Assembly: GCA_963656825.1 (NCBI GenBank)
Contig: CAVKJG010000003.1
Coordinates: 2,243-66,242 of the forward strand
DNA length: 64,000 nucleotides
Reading direction: 5' to 3'
Source: Sphaerochaetaceae bacterium
GTDB lineage: Bacteria > Bacillota > Clostridia > Oscillospirales > CAG-272
Positions 9,659-20,252 of the stretch are shown here, one piece after another; the first letter of the stretch is position 1, and each line of letters begins with the position of its first letter. Below the pieces are notes generated by a model. The model did not search any database and had not been told where the DNA came from. It saw only the letters and a program-made list of their open reading frames with translations. Made by a program: the position numbers and the translations under genes.

Positions 9659-11857
9659 ATGGCAAGAAAAAAGAAAAGCGACCAGATAACCTTTGACGAC
9701 CTCCCCGCCGCGCTCCCGACGGATCAGCCCATAACCGAAACCATAGAAAAAAACTATATGCCGTACGTTATGTCGGTGATAGTTTCGCGCGCGATACCCG
9801 AAATCGACGGGTTCAAGCCGTCGCACAGAAAGCTGCTTTATACAATGTATAAAATGGGACTTCTGACCGGCGGCAGAACGAAGAGCGCAAACATCGTAGG
9901 TCAGACGATGAGGCTCAACCCTCACGGCGACGCCGCAATTTACGAAACAATGGTAAGACTGACGCGCGGAAACGAGGCGCTGCTTCATCCGTTTGTCGAT
10001 TCAAAGGGAAGCTTCGGAAAGCAGTACAGCCGCGATATGGCGTATGCCGCATCGCGCTATACCGAGGCAAAGCTCGATCCCATCTGCACCGAAATATTCG
10101 GCGGAATAGACCGCGACGCCGTCGATCTCGTTCCGAACTACGACAACACGACAACCGAGCCTTCCCTGCTCCCGACGTCGTTTCCGAACATTCTCGTTTC
10201 GGCGAACATGGGCATTGCCGTCGGACTTCAGAGCCAGATATGTTCTTTCAACTTGGGCGAGGTGTGCGACGGAACAATAGCCGTCCTGCGAAATCCAGCG
10301 CTTTCGACGGACGAGCTTATGGATATAATCAAAGCGCCCGATTTTCCCGGCGGCGCCGGACTTATCTATAATCGCGAGCAGATGAAAAGCCTTTTTGAAA
10401 CGGGACGCGGAAAGGTCACTCTGCGTTCGCGCTACGTTTACGATAAAAACGCCGGCTGTATAGAAATAGTCGAAATTCCGTATTCAACATCGATCGAGCT
10501 TATATTCAAAAAGCTCACCGATATGATAAAAGAAGGTCAGCTCAAAGAAGTCACGGACGTGCGCGACGAAATAGACCTTCACGGCTTCAAGCTGACGCTC
10601 GATATCCGTCGCGGAACGGATCCCGATATGCTTATGGCAAAGCTGTTCAGAAAAACTCCCCTGCAGGACGATTTTTCCTGCAACTTCAATGTGCTTATCG
10701 ACGGCGAGCCGCGCCTTCTCGGCGTAAGGGCGATAATCGACGAATGGATAAAATTCAGAATGAAGTGCGTAAGCCGCACTCTGAATTTCGACCTCGGCAA
10801 AAAATGCGAAAAGCTTCATCTGCTGCTCGGTCTCGGAGAAATACTCCTTGACATAGATAAAGCAATAAAAATCGTCCGCGAAACCGAAAAGGATGCGGAC
10901 GTCGTTCCCAATCTTATGGCGGGCTTCGGAATAGATCGGGTTCAGGCGGAATACATTGCGGAGATAAAGCTCCGTCATCTCAACCGCGAATACATTATCG
11001 AGCGCATAAAGGAAATAGAGGACTTAAAGCGCGAGATAGAGGATCTGCGCGAAACGCTCGGCTCGGAAAAGAAGCTGAAAAAGCTCATTGCCGCTCAGCT
11101 TGAAGAAGTGAAGAAAAAGTATGCCGTGCCGAGAAAAACACGTCTGATAGTTGAAGACACCGTAACCGAATACAAGGAAGAGGACTTTGTTGACAACTAC
11201 AACGTCAAATTCTATTTCACGCGCGGCGGATATTTCAAGAAAATAACGCTCACCTCGCTTCGCGGCGCGGACGAGCAGAAGCTCAAGGACGGCGACGAGA
11301 TCGCGCAGGTGACGGACGGCGAAAATATATCCGAGCTTTTGTTTGTTTCGGACAGACAGCGCATTTATCGCGCAAAGGCGTCGGATTTCGATGCCTGCAA
11401 GGCTTCCGCCCTCGGCGATTACATTCCGGCAAAGCTCGGCTTTGAAAAGGACGAAAGAGTCATCGCCATGGATTCGGATACAAAATTCGATTCAAAGCAT
11501 TTTGTCGTTTATATTTTTGAAAACGGCAAGGGCGTAAAAATTCCGCTCTCTCTGTATGAAACGAAAACCCCGCGCAAAAAGCTTGTCGCGGCATATTCCG
11601 CGGCATCGCCGATAGTCGCCGCGTTCTTTATATCCGAAAACGAGGATATTATTCTTGTAAATTCGCAAAACAAAGCCGTTGTGATTAACACAAAGCTTAT
11701 TCCCGAAAAAGCGACAAGAACCGCGGGCGGCGTAACGCTGTTTACGCTTAAGGGCGATCAGAGGATAACCGTCGCAAGCCGCGATATCGAAAGCTTTTCC
11801 GGAAGCGCACGTTGCAGAAAAATAAAGATTCCGGCAAGCGGAACATCGCTTGACTGA
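9659..11857 (+). CDS. parC: type IIA DNA topoisomerase subunit A (topoisomerase IV ParC-like / GyrA paralog)
   Basis: 732 aa. Breakage-reunion domain with the catalytic Tyr context (AASRYTEAKL) and PHGD motif (NPHGDAAIYETMVR). The C-terminal domain is short compared with GyrA. Confidence 0.75.
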   Translation: MARKKKSDQITFDDLPAALPTDQPITETIEKNYMPYVMSVIVSRAIPEIDGFKPSHRKLLYTMYKMGLLTGGRTKSANIVGQTMRLNPHGDAAIYETMVRLTRGNEALLHPFVDSKGSFGKQYSRDMAYAASRYTEAKLDPICTEIFGGIDRDAVDLVPNYDNTTTEPSLLPTSFPNILVSANMGIAVGLQSQICSFNLGEVCDGTIAVLRNPALSTDELMDIIKAPDFPGGAGLIYNREQMKSLFETGRGKVTLRSRYVYDKNAGCIEIVEIPYSTSIELIFKKLTDMIKEGQLKEVTDVRDEIDLHGFKLTLDIRRGTDPDMLMAKLFRKTPLQDDFSCNFNVLIDGEPRLLGVRAIIDEWIKFRMKCVSRTLNFDLGKKCEKLHLLLGLGEILLDIDKAIKIVRETEKDADVVPNLMAGFGIDRVQAEYIAEIKLRHLNREYIIERIKEIEDLKREIEDLRETLGSEKKLKKLIAAQLEEVKKKYAVPRKTRLIVEDTVTEYKEEDFVDNYNVKFYFTRGGYFKKITLTSLRGADEQKLKDGDEIAQVTDGENISELLFVSDRQRIYRAKASDFDACKASALGDYIPAKLGFEKDERVIAMDSDTKFDSKHFVVYIFENGKGVKIPLSLYETKTPRKKLVAAYSAASPIVAAFFISENEDIILVNSQNKAVVINTKLIPEKATRTAGGVTLFTLKGDQRITVASRDIESFSGSARCRKIKIPASGTSLD

Positions 11858-11872
11858 TCCGACGGAGGAGCT

Positions 11873-12484
11873 ATGACCGACGTATATATAATCTGCTCCG
11901 ACGGGGTATTCCGTCGGATGCTGGAGCTTGAGCTTACGGAATACGGCGCAAACGTAATGCCGGAGGGCAGCGCCGTGACGGCGCCGTGCGCCGCCGTGAT
12001 TTCAGCTCCGGATATTGACAGGGCTATCCTGCCGCAAAACGAATGTCTTACCGTGATATTCGGATATCCCGAAGAGCTTTCGGGCGTTTCGGCGGCAAGT
12101 CCTTCGGCGGTGCTTGTCCGCCCGTTCGATACGGGCGAGCTTATGCGCGTGCTTTTCGGAGAAAGCAAAGCGCAGTCCGCGCCGACGATAAGAAAAATCA
12201 CCGCCTCCGGCAGACTTACGGCAGACGCCGAAAAACGCACGGTAAGCTATCTCGGAGCGACCTCCCGCCTGACAAAGCGCGAATTTGCCCTGTTTGAATA
12301 TCTTTACGGACGAAAAGGCAGCGAGGTTTCCAGAAGCGAGCTTTACGACAACATATGGGGCGGCGGCGACGGAGAAAACGTCGTTGACGTTTACATCTGC
12401 TATCTGCGCGAAAAGCTTGAAAACAAATTCGGGGTAAAGCTTATCCGCACGGTCAGGGGCAAGGGCTATATGTTTGAAGAATAA
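11873..12484 (+). CDS. OmpR/PhoB-type winged-helix transcriptional regulator with degenerate (pseudo-)receiver domain
   Basis: The C-terminal Trans_reg_C pattern is clear (LTKREFALFEYLYGRKGSEVSRSELYDNIWG...VVDVYICYLREKLE...IRTVRGKGYMF). The ~100-aa N-terminus keeps the receiver topology but lacks the DD pair, the phospho-Asp context and the conserved Lys (RPF instead of KPF). Confidence 0.65.
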   Translation: MTDVYIICSDGVFRRMLELELTEYGANVMPEGSAVTAPCAAVISAPDIDRAILPQNECLTVIFGYPEELSGVSAASPSAVLVRPFDTGELMRVLFGESKAQSAPTIRKITASGRLTADAEKRTVSYLGATSRLTKREFALFEYLYGRKGSEVSRSELYDNIWGGGDGENVVDVYICYLREKLENKFGVKLIRTVRGKGYMFEE

Positions 12485-12496
12485 AGAGGCGCAGAT

Positions 12497-12976
12497 ATGA
12501 AAATAATTTCACGCGACGAATATTTTATGGGCATTGCGCTGAAGGAAGCCGATAAGGCGGCCGCTCTCGGAGAGGTTCCGGTGGGAGCGGTCGTCGTATG
12601 GGGAAACAGAATAATTTCGCGTGCGTTCAACACGCGCGAAACGGACAAAAACGCTCTTTGCCACGCCGAAATAAAAGCGATAGACAAGGCGTGCCGGAGA
12701 CTCGGCGGCTGGCGACTTTTTATGTGCGAACTTTTTGTCACGCTCGAGCCGTGCCCGATGTGCGCCGGCGCAATAATAAATTCAAGAATAAAGCGTGTCG
12801 TTTTCGGCGCGCGCGATGAAAAGGCGGGAGCAGTGGTGTCACGCGAGGAGACGTTTTCGCTCGGCTTCAACCACACGCCCGAGGTGACCGAGGGCGTTCT
12901 TTCGGAGGAATGTGCAAAAAAGCTGTCCGACTTTTTTGCAGATCTCCGCGAAAAACGGAGAAAATATAAAAAATGA
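12497..12976 (+). CDS. tadA: tRNA adenosine(34) deaminase
   Basis: 159 aa. CDA zinc motifs HAE (CHAEIKAI) and PCxxC (EPCPMCAGAI). Confidence 0.85.
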   Translation: MKIISRDEYFMGIALKEADKAAALGEVPVGAVVVWGNRIISRAFNTRETDKNALCHAEIKAIDKACRRLGGWRLFMCELFVTLEPCPMCAGAIINSRIKRVVFGARDEKAGAVVSREETFSLGFNHTPEVTEGVLSEECAKKLSDFFADLREKRRKYKK

Positions 12977-13127
12977 CGGAGTTTTGAGCGGAATTTTGTA
13001 ATTATTTCCGTACAAAATATATTTGACTTTTTTCCGTATATGTGGTAACATATAAATTACACAAGCGGCACATACAAGAACAGGAGCGGGAAACCCTGCC
13101 CGAAGGAAAAGAAAGGAAGTCCGTTCG

Positions 13128-14402
13128 ATGAAGAAAGAACTCAAACAAATATTACTTATGATTTTGACAATAGCCATTGTCGCGTCGTTCTGCGCGACGG
13201 CTATAAGCTGCGGAAACAGCGAAAGCAAGCAGACCTCCGAGGAAGGCGGTCTTACGCTGAAGCCGAGCACCACGGAAACGACCTCAACGGCAGCAACGAC
13301 AGCTCCCGTATCCACAACAACGGAAAATTCCGATACATCGACGGATACAGCCGTTGAAACGACAAAGCCGATAACTCCGGTCGAAACCGGTACATACACA
13401 AATCCTCTTACGGGACTTAAAACAAGCGTAACCGACCCTTCAAACAAACGTCCCGTCGCAATAGTTGTTGACAACATTTCAAACGCCTACAAGAATCAGA
13501 AGGGTCTTTATCAGGCAGATATACTTTACGAAGCGCTCGTCGCTCCGGGCATCACGCGTTATCTTGCCGTAATCGAAGATTATGAATCCGTAAAGGATAT
13601 CTGCAACGTCCGTTCGGGCAGAGATTATCACATAGATATCGCACAGGGACACAACGCCATACTCGTCTGCCACGGCGGTTCGATAACGGACAATTATGAC
13701 TTCTATCAGCTCGTTGTGAAAAGACTCGGCAGCCGTTATTCGTTTGTCGATACAAAGGACGAATACGTTACGGGCACAGAAGAAGGCGGAAAGAAATACG
13801 GCACGGTACAGAATTACAAGTCCCGTTCGGATATTCTTTATGATACGGTCGTAAACGGCTCGGCTCTCAAAATAATGGTGACGGGCAAATCGTCCAAGTT
13901 TGCAAACAGCGGCGCAGGCTACACCGGCGCTCCGAACGGTTTCAGCTTCGGAACAAGCTCCGCTTCATCCTCGTCAATCTCTGCAAAGACGGTAACGGTA
14001 CAGTTCACAATGGATAACAGCTCCAGCACAAAGGACGTTACCTTTACATACGATTCCGCATCGGACAAATACATCCGTTCACAGATCGCGGTAAACGGTC
14101 TGAGCGGCGAGGAGCTTTCCTTTACGAACGTTATCTTCCTCGGCGTTAAGGTAACTCAGGGCAAAGGCACGGAAGAAGATCCCAGAATGGCTCTTATCGA
14201 CGTAACGGGCTCGGGCAAGGGCTATTACTGCTACGGCGGCAAGATGGTTGCCATCAAGTGGACAAAGACAAAAGACGGCGCGCTCAGGCTTATGACCGAG
14301 AGCGGCGCAGAGCTTACCCTTTCCGCAGGAAACACCTATATCGGCTATCTTGAAAAAGGCTATGTAGACGAGTTTCCTTCAAAAGGCTATCACGCAAACT
14401 GA
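13128..14402 (+). CDS. DUF3048-family lipoprotein (YerB-like)
   Basis: Signal peptide with lipobox (ATAISCG), a Thr/Ser-rich linker, then the conserved RPVAIVVDN...ADILYEALVAPGITRYLAVI core typical of DUF3048. Confidence 0.65.
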   Translation: MKKELKQILLMILTIAIVASFCATAISCGNSESKQTSEEGGLTLKPSTTETTSTAATTAPVSTTTENSDTSTDTAVETTKPITPVETGTYTNPLTGLKTSVTDPSNKRPVAIVVDNISNAYKNQKGLYQADILYEALVAPGITRYLAVIEDYESVKDICNVRSGRDYHIDIAQGHNAILVCHGGSITDNYDFYQLVVKRLGSRYSFVDTKDEYVTGTEEGGKKYGTVQNYKSRSDILYDTVVNGSALKIMVTGKSSKFANSGAGYTGAPNGFSFGTSSASSSSISAKTVTVQFTMDNSSSTKDVTFTYDSASDKYIRSQIAVNGLSGEELSFTNVIFLGVKVTQGKGTEEDPRMALIDVTGSGKGYYCYGGKMVAIKWTKTKDGALRLMTESGAELTLSAGNTYIGYLEKGYVDEFPSKGYHAN

Positions 14403-14410
14403 ATAAAATA

Positions 14411-14442
14411 AAAAAAATCCCCGCGCGAGCGGGGATTTTTTT
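14411..14442. terminator. bidirectional intrinsic terminator between convergent genes
   Basis: A-run, stem ATCCCCGC / GCGGGGAT (14417-14424 / 14429-14436), T-run. Confidence 0.7.
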
Positions 14443-16745
14443 CATCCTATATATACCGTAAGATTCATCCTTTCGCCGACAGGCGCGATAGTGTTTTTCT
14501 CCGGCTTTATTTCTTTTCCGTCAAGCTCTATTCTGCTTACCTTGTCGCTCTCTCCCGAGCAAACAAATCTGATATTGTACTCACAGCCTCTGAAAAGCTT
14601 CTTTATCGAACATTCTTTCCACGAAAGCGGCAGACACGGCTCGATTCTCAGTCCCTCAAGCTCGGGATGCAAGCCGAAAATATATTCAACCGTACTCTTG
14701 AGCAGCCATGAGCTTGCCGCCGTTCTCCAGCTTTGTCCGGGAGTAGCGTAGCGGTAGCCTGTCTCGGGCGCAAAATACGAATTATACATTGCATAAGGCT
14801 CGCCGCATTTTGTTTCGTATTCGGTGTTTGTCACAAGCATTTTCTTGAGTCCCTCCTCGACCTTGTCGGGGCGATGAAGCATACTGTCAGCCGCAAGCTT
14901 CCATGCGGAAGGATGCAGATAGATTCCGCCGTTATCCTGAACGCCGGGCGCCTTTTCAGCCATAGAGCCTATATAAGAATACTGATGCGAATATGCGGGA
15001 TATGCAAGTCTTGTGCCGAGCTTTGTTTCAAGAATTCTGTCCGCGCTTTCCATGGCGATTCTCTCCTTGCCGTCCTTTGCCGCGCCCGAAAGCACAGCCC
15101 ACAGCTGAGATATAAGGAATATCTTTCCCTCCTCGCAATCCTTTGAACCCATAATTATATCGTCGTCCGTGCGGGCATATATATAATATTCGCCGTCCCA
15201 GCCGTACTTGTCAATGCGCTCGCGCATGATGTCGCCGCGCTCGGCTGAGGTTTTTGCGTCGTCCGTTTTTCCCATAGCGGCGGCAAGTCTGCCGAAGGCG
15301 GCATTGGCTCTGTACCATGCGAGCGTCAGCCATACGGAAACGCCTTTGCCTTCAAGTCCGGCAAAATTCACGCAGTCGTTCCAATCTCCGCCCCATATGC
15401 GAACAAGTCCGTAAAGTCCTGTGAAATTCCACAAAAAATCTACCGAACGGCGAAGATGCTCATATACGCTCGCCTTTGTACCGTTGTTGAATTCAACCTC
15501 TTCATTCAGAAGATTTATATCGCCAAGCTCTTTTACTATCGTGTCTGCGGCAAACGTCATCCATACGGTGTTGTCGGCAAATCTTCTGTCGCGGATCGCA
15601 CCGTCGATTATCGTTCTCGGGGCATAGCCGTTGTCATACTGATATGTAAGAATTCTCTTTAATCTTTCCCACGCAAGACGCGGATTTACGCAGGCAAGAC
15701 ATTCCGTATCGCTTGTAAGATCGCGATATCCATTATGGCGGACTCTTGCCCATCTGCTGCCCATATCGGCGGCGTATTTCATCCAGCCGTTTATAAGCTT
15801 GTCGAAGTCTCCCCACGGAGTGCTTATCTCAACGCCGCAAAGTCTTTCCTTATATTTGTTTTCCATAGCGGAAAATTCTTTTTCGACCTCGTCCGGAGAA
15901 AGCGCGGCTATGCCGTCTTTATCATAGGCAAGACCGAGCGTGAAATGAACCGTCTTTTTCTCACCGGGGAGAAGCGTCATATCGTTTTGCAAAACAAGAC
16001 AAAGCTTTTCGGAGTTGCAGTCCGTGTTCTGACATTTAAGTCCTTTTTCAAGCGCCGAAGGATGCTGTTCATCGCCGTAAGGTCCGATAAAAGCGTTTCT
16101 TCTTGAATCAAAGCCGCTTATTTTATCGCTTGAAGCCATATATGCGTACATCGGACGGCATCTTCCGGGCAATGCGGGATCGGGATAAAACTCAGTATAG
16201 AAATGTCCCCATACTGCATTTTTATCTTCAAAAGCGCCGCCCGTAGCAAGATTATAGCCCTGCGGACGGTATGTTCCGTCAACTTCGGTTTTTGCATACG
16301 AAACAAGCGAAAGCGTTCTTTCCTTATCGGAAGTATTTTCAAGCGTTACGCTCCATATTTCGCGCATACCGTCGCACGGCACGAATATACGCAACGTGCT
16401 TTTTATGCCGTTTTTCTTTTGGCTTATTTCGGTCGAACCGTTTTTGTGAGTACAAAGATAATCGGTATATCCCGAATTCATCGGCAAACCGCATATGCTG
16501 AAATATTTTCCGTCCTCCGAGACGAAAAGATTGCGGTTTGAAACAAGCATGGCTCTTCTGCCCATGTCGTCCTGTGCAAAGCCTTCTCCGTAGCCCACCT
16601 GAGATGTAAAGGTTATGTATTCGTCGTTGTACATATAATTGTACCAATGACGCGGAGTTTCCGGCTCTGTTATATAATATGCGTCCCCTTTTTCGGAAAA
16701 ATGACCGTACTGCTTTGTTCTGTCCATAAAAGCGGTTCCTTTCAA
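14442..16745 (-). CDS. GH94-like glycoside phosphorylase (cellobiose/chitobiose phosphorylase-like)
   Basis: 767 aa. The N-terminus (YYITEPETPRHWYNYMYN) and the catalytic-domain GDWND motif (WGGDWNDCVNFAG) resemble GH94 phosphorylases. Substrate is unknown. Confidence 0.55.
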   Translation of the reverse strand: MKGTAFMDRTKQYGHFSEKGDAYYITEPETPRHWYNYMYNDEYITFTSQVGYGEGFAQDDMGRRAMLVSNRNLFVSEDGKYFSICGLPMNSGYTDYLCTHKNGSTEISQKKNGIKSTLRIFVPCDGMREIWSVTLENTSDKERTLSLVSYAKTEVDGTYRPQGYNLATGGAFEDKNAVWGHFYTEFYPDPALPGRCRPMYAYMASSDKISGFDSRRNAFIGPYGDEQHPSALEKGLKCQNTDCNSEKLCLVLQNDMTLLPGEKKTVHFTLGLAYDKDGIAALSPDEVEKEFSAMENKYKERLCGVEISTPWGDFDKLINGWMKYAADMGSRWARVRHNGYRDLTSDTECLACVNPRLAWERLKRILTYQYDNGYAPRTIIDGAIRDRRFADNTVWMTFAADTIVKELGDINLLNEEVEFNNGTKASVYEHLRRSVDFLWNFTGLYGLVRIWGGDWNDCVNFAGLEGKGVSVWLTLAWYRANAAFGRLAAAMGKTDDAKTSAERGDIMRERIDKYGWDGEYYIYARTDDDIIMGSKDCEEGKIFLISQLWAVLSGAAKDGKERIAMESADRILETKLGTRLAYPAYSHQYSYIGSMAEKAPGVQDNGGIYLHPSAWKLAADSMLHRPDKVEEGLKKMLVTNTEYETKCGEPYAMYNSYFAPETGYRYATPGQSWRTAASSWLLKSTVEYIFGLHPELEGLRIEPCLPLSWKECSIKKLFRGCEYNIRFVCSGESDKVSRIELDGKEIKPEKNTIAPVGERMNLTVYIG

Positions 16746-16774
16746 AAATGTTTATATATCTTTTAATACAGATA

Positions 16775-17968
16775 TCAGTTCAATTGCGGCAAATACTTTT
16801 TAGGATCAACTTTTACATATGAGCCTTGCGAATACTTTCTTATCTCAAAGTGAAGATGAGTGCCTGCATAGGGATTCGATGCGGTAGGCGCCGGAGAGAC
16901 TCTTCCGGTGTTTCCGCTGTAACCTATAACCTGCCCCTGAACTACTTTATCTCCCACAGAGACCGTCCTTGACTTTAAGTGAGCGTAATATGTGCGATAG
17001 CCGTTTCCGTGATCTATCACAACGTACGTTCCATATGTCCAGCGCAGATCTGAAGAGGAAAAATAGCCGTCGTTGTAGGCATAAACGACCGTCCCGCTCA
17101 TTGAAGCCGTTATCGGTGCTCCGTAATAAACGCCGAAATCTATCCCTCCGTGAGAGTTTGAGCCGCCGTAATACTGCGTTACACGGTAATCCGCTCCGCC
17201 CTGAGCCGCCGTCCTGAACGGAAGAGCAAAAGTCTCCTCTTTTTTCTTTGTGCCTATGACAATCACTTCATCGACAGGCGCAACCGTTTCGGATGAGATG
17301 ACTTCGCGCTTTATCTCTTTTCCCCGCTCATATGTTATTTTATATGTATTTACCGTATATCCGTCGGCGCCGTAGGTTTTTGTCCTTCGTTCGCCTTCGT
17401 AAATATTTCCGTCATAAACGTACTTTACGGAATATTTCACCGTGTTTTCGTTTTTCTTTATCGTTTCGTATGTAAACACGGGCTTTGTGCCTATGAGAAT
17501 TTTTTCGTTTTCCGGCTCGCTCAAAATTGTTTCTTCGCTGTCCTCAAAGGCAAGTCTGCCGTCAGAATAGTAGCCCGTTTTTGTTATCTGTAAAAGCCCG
17601 TCCCTGCCGTATTTCAGAACGTAGCTTACGTCTTCATATTCGTCGTCCGAATAAACGTATTCCGTTTCGCACGGAATTTTTTCTATCGTCGCGGATATTT
17701 TCGTTTCAAGCAGCGGCTCGAACGCGCTTTCGGGCAAATCCGAGGTTGCCTCTGTCAGAGAGGCTTTGCTCTGCGTTTCGTAAAAAGAAGTTCCGACAGC
17801 CGACGTTTGCGTTACCGATGCTGTCTGCGCCGACAAAACGGTTGTGTATTTACCGCCCGTTTCGGCGATCGGCGTCTGCTTTCCGCAGGAAACAAAAACC
17901 GCAGCGACGGCAAAAACCGCCGTCAAAATCAGAATCGCGCAAAAGCGCCCGTGATATGATCGTGCCAT
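16775..17968 (-). CDS. M23 family metallopeptidase lipoprotein with G5-like repeats
   Basis: Lipobox (FVSCGK). G5-like segments ending in ILIGTKP and VIVIGTKK. C-terminal LytM/M23 motifs (HGGIDFGV ... HLHFEIR). Confidence 0.75.
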   Translation of the reverse strand: MARSYHGRFCAILILTAVFAVAAVFVSCGKQTPIAETGGKYTTVLSAQTASVTQTSAVGTSFYETQSKASLTEATSDLPESAFEPLLETKISATIEKIPCETEYVYSDDEYEDVSYVLKYGRDGLLQITKTGYYSDGRLAFEDSEETILSEPENEKILIGTKPVFTYETIKKNENTVKYSVKYVYDGNIYEGERRTKTYGADGYTVNTYKITYERGKEIKREVISSETVAPVDEVIVIGTKKKEETFALPFRTAAQGGADYRVTQYYGGSNSHGGIDFGVYYGAPITASMSGTVVYAYNDGYFSSSDLRWTYGTYVVIDHGNGYRTYYAHLKSRTVSVGDKVVQGQVIGYSGNTGRVSPAPTASNPYAGTHLHFEIRKYSQGSYVKVDPKKYLPQLN

Positions 17969-18186
17969 AAAAATACCGCTTTCTTTCCGTACAAAAAGCG
18001 ATTTGTCGCTCTCTGCCGAAATTACCTTGCTTTGACAAAATTATATAATACGGCACGCGATATTTCAATGAATAAATAAAGGCTGCAAAAGAATAATCTT
18101 CCTGAAAACGCCGGATAAAATTCAAAAGCGTTTATCCCTCCGGTTACGGCTCATATTATACCACAAAACCCGTAAAAAATCAAGAC

Positions 18187-18215
18187 TTGTAATTTGTCTT
18201 TCAGCGATTTATAAT
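18187..18215 (+). promoter_or_regulatory. sigma-A-type promoter upstream of the ABC exporter
   Basis: TTGTAA (18187-18192), 17-nt spacer, TATAAT (18210-18215). Confidence 0.45.
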
Positions 18216-18253
18216 TAAAAATGCAATAATATGATAAGAAAACACAAAAGGAT

Positions 18254-20245
18254 GTGATGCAAATGAACCGACCGCCCAAAGATCCCGAACTTATGAAGCA
18301 CCCGATGGACAAAATGCGCGAGCCGAAGCCGAAAAGCATAAAAGAAGTCCCGGGATATCTTAAAAGGGTAATATCAAAATTCTTTTACAGACTTTTCTAT
18401 ATCTTCACTCTCGTCTGGGAAGCGAAGCCGAGCGTTCTGTTTCTGATTTCGTTTTTCTCGGTAATACTCGGCGTTCTGCCGGCAATCTCCGCGTCGATAG
18501 CAAAGGATATCTTAAACCGCCTTGCAGTCGATTATGCTCTGGTAAAGGCAGGCGAAGGCGATCCTTCCGCCATGCTGGACGAAATATTTATGCTGCTTGT
18601 GTGGCAGTTTGCGATAATCTTTGCAACCTCCGTCGTTTCAAGCCTGAAAACATACACTACGAGAATCGCAAGCGAGCTTGTCGCGTACAGGACAAACGTA
18701 AAGATAATAGAAAAAGCGAAAACGGTCGACGTCGCAAGCTTTGACCGTCCCGATTTCTATGAAAAGCTGGAAAACGCCTCGCGCGAGGCAGGCAACAGAC
18801 CGATGCAGGTGCTTTCAGCCGCGTGTTCCTCAATCTCCGCCGTGATAAGCATGATTTCGTTTATCGTCATTCTTGCCGGAATTCCGGGCGAGGTACATAT
18901 CGCAAGCCTGAGCGTAAAAACAGCCGGCTTTGCGCCCGTGGCGGTTGCGCTCGTTGCTATTCCTTCGGCTGTCGTTTCCTTTGTTTACAGGCGCAAGGTA
19001 TTTGATTATTCCCGCCGCCGCTCCAAAGACAGACGTCAGTTCAACTATTACAAAGGTCTTATGACAAACAAGGATATGGTCAAAGAGATCCGCCTTTTCG
19101 GACTTTCGGACACCTTTATAGAAAGATATAAAAGCATTTTCAGCCATTATTTCGGCGGTGTGCGCCGCATATATTTTTCGGAGGGCGCATGGAACCTTGT
19201 GATGTCGGTGCTCTCGTCCGGCGTCAACTGTGTGTTGTTTTTACTGATAGCAAAGGGCGTAATCGCAGGCGATTTTGAGGTCGGTAACTATTCGCTTTAT
19301 ACGGGCGCACTGCATTCGATAGCGAGCGGAATTTCAACGCTGATAAATACCACCGCATCCATTTACGAAGGCACGCTTTTTATCGACAATCTTATAACTT
19401 TTATAAATGAAAAAACCGAGATAGTGCCTTCGCTTCCCGAGCCTCGTCATCCGCAGCGTCATATCGCTCACAAAATAGAGCTGAAAAACGTTTCGTTCCG
19501 CTATCCCGGCACAACAAGAGACGTTATAAAAAATATGTCCGTAACCTTTGAGCCCGGCGAAACAGTCGTTCTTGTAGGACTCAACGGCGCGGGAAAGACT
19601 ACGCTTATAAAGCTGATAACAAGACTGTACGATCCGACCGAAGGAGTCATTTTTCTTGACGGCCACGACATAAGGGAATACGATATAAGCGAGCTTTATT
19701 CGATATACGGAATAATCTTTCAGGATTTCGGCAGATATGCCGTATCCGTCCGTGAAAACGTCTCGTTTTCCGATATAAACAGCCCGATAGACGACGAAAG
19801 AGTCTCAAAGGCGGCAAAGGAAAGCGGCGCGGAGGATTTTATAAAAAATCTTCCCGGCGGCTACGATACCGCGCTTATGCGATATTTTGAAGAGGACGGC
19901 ATAGAGCTTTCAACAGGTCAGTGGCAGAAGCTTTCCGTTGCGCGCGCGTTCTATTCCGATTCCGATATTCTCATTCTTGACGAGCCGACAGCCGCGCTTG
20001 ACGCGATCGCCGAGCAGGAGATTTACTCTCAGTTCGACAATCTCCGCAAGGATAAAACCACCGTTTTTGTTTCGCACAGACTTTCAAGCGCAACGACGGC
20101 TGACAGAATTCTCGTTCTCGAAAACGGACAGATAATAGAAAGCGGAACGCATCGCGAGCTTATGCGGAAGGGCGGCAGATACTGCGAGCTTTTCTCAACT
20201 CAGGCGCAGAGATATATCGCCTCCGAGCGCGAGATGAAAAAATAA
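18254..20245 (+). CDS. ABC exporter, fused permease/ATP-binding protein (MsbA/MdlB type)
   Basis: 663 aa with six predicted TM helices followed by an NBD. Walker A GLNGAGKTT, signature LSTGQWQK, Walker B ILILDEPT. Start is ambiguous (GTG 18254, ATG 18257 or ATG 18263). Confidence 0.8.
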   Translation: MMQMNRPPKDPELMKHPMDKMREPKPKSIKEVPGYLKRVISKFFYRLFYIFTLVWEAKPSVLFLISFFSVILGVLPAISASIAKDILNRLAVDYALVKAGEGDPSAMLDEIFMLLVWQFAIIFATSVVSSLKTYTTRIASELVAYRTNVKIIEKAKTVDVASFDRPDFYEKLENASREAGNRPMQVLSAACSSISAVISMISFIVILAGIPGEVHIASLSVKTAGFAPVAVALVAIPSAVVSFVYRRKVFDYSRRRSKDRRQFNYYKGLMTNKDMVKEIRLFGLSDTFIERYKSIFSHYFGGVRRIYFSEGAWNLVMSVLSSGVNCVLFLLIAKGVIAGDFEVGNYSLYTGALHSIASGISTLINTTASIYEGTLFIDNLITFINEKTEIVPSLPEPRHPQRHIAHKIELKNVSFRYPGTTRDVIKNMSVTFEPGETVVLVGLNGAGKTTLIKLITRLYDPTEGVIFLDGHDIREYDISELYSIYGIIFQDFGRYAVSVRENVSFSDINSPIDDERVSKAAKESGAEDFIKNLPGGYDTALMRYFEEDGIELSTGQWQKLSVARAFYSDSDILILDEPTAALDAIAEQEIYSQFDNLRKDKTTVFVSHRLSSATTADRILVLENGQIIESGTHRELMRKGGRYCELFSTQAQRYIASEREMKK

Positions 20246-20252
20246 ATAATGC

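Noticed and set aside
7656-11857. Calling the topoisomerase pair gyrB/gyrA
   Set aside because: The genes are not in a dnaA-dnaN-recF-gyrB context, the A subunit is short (732 aa), and I saw no GyrA-box-like motif in its C-terminal domain. A topo IV-like or second type IIA enzyme is more likely, though this cannot be proven from sequence reading alone.
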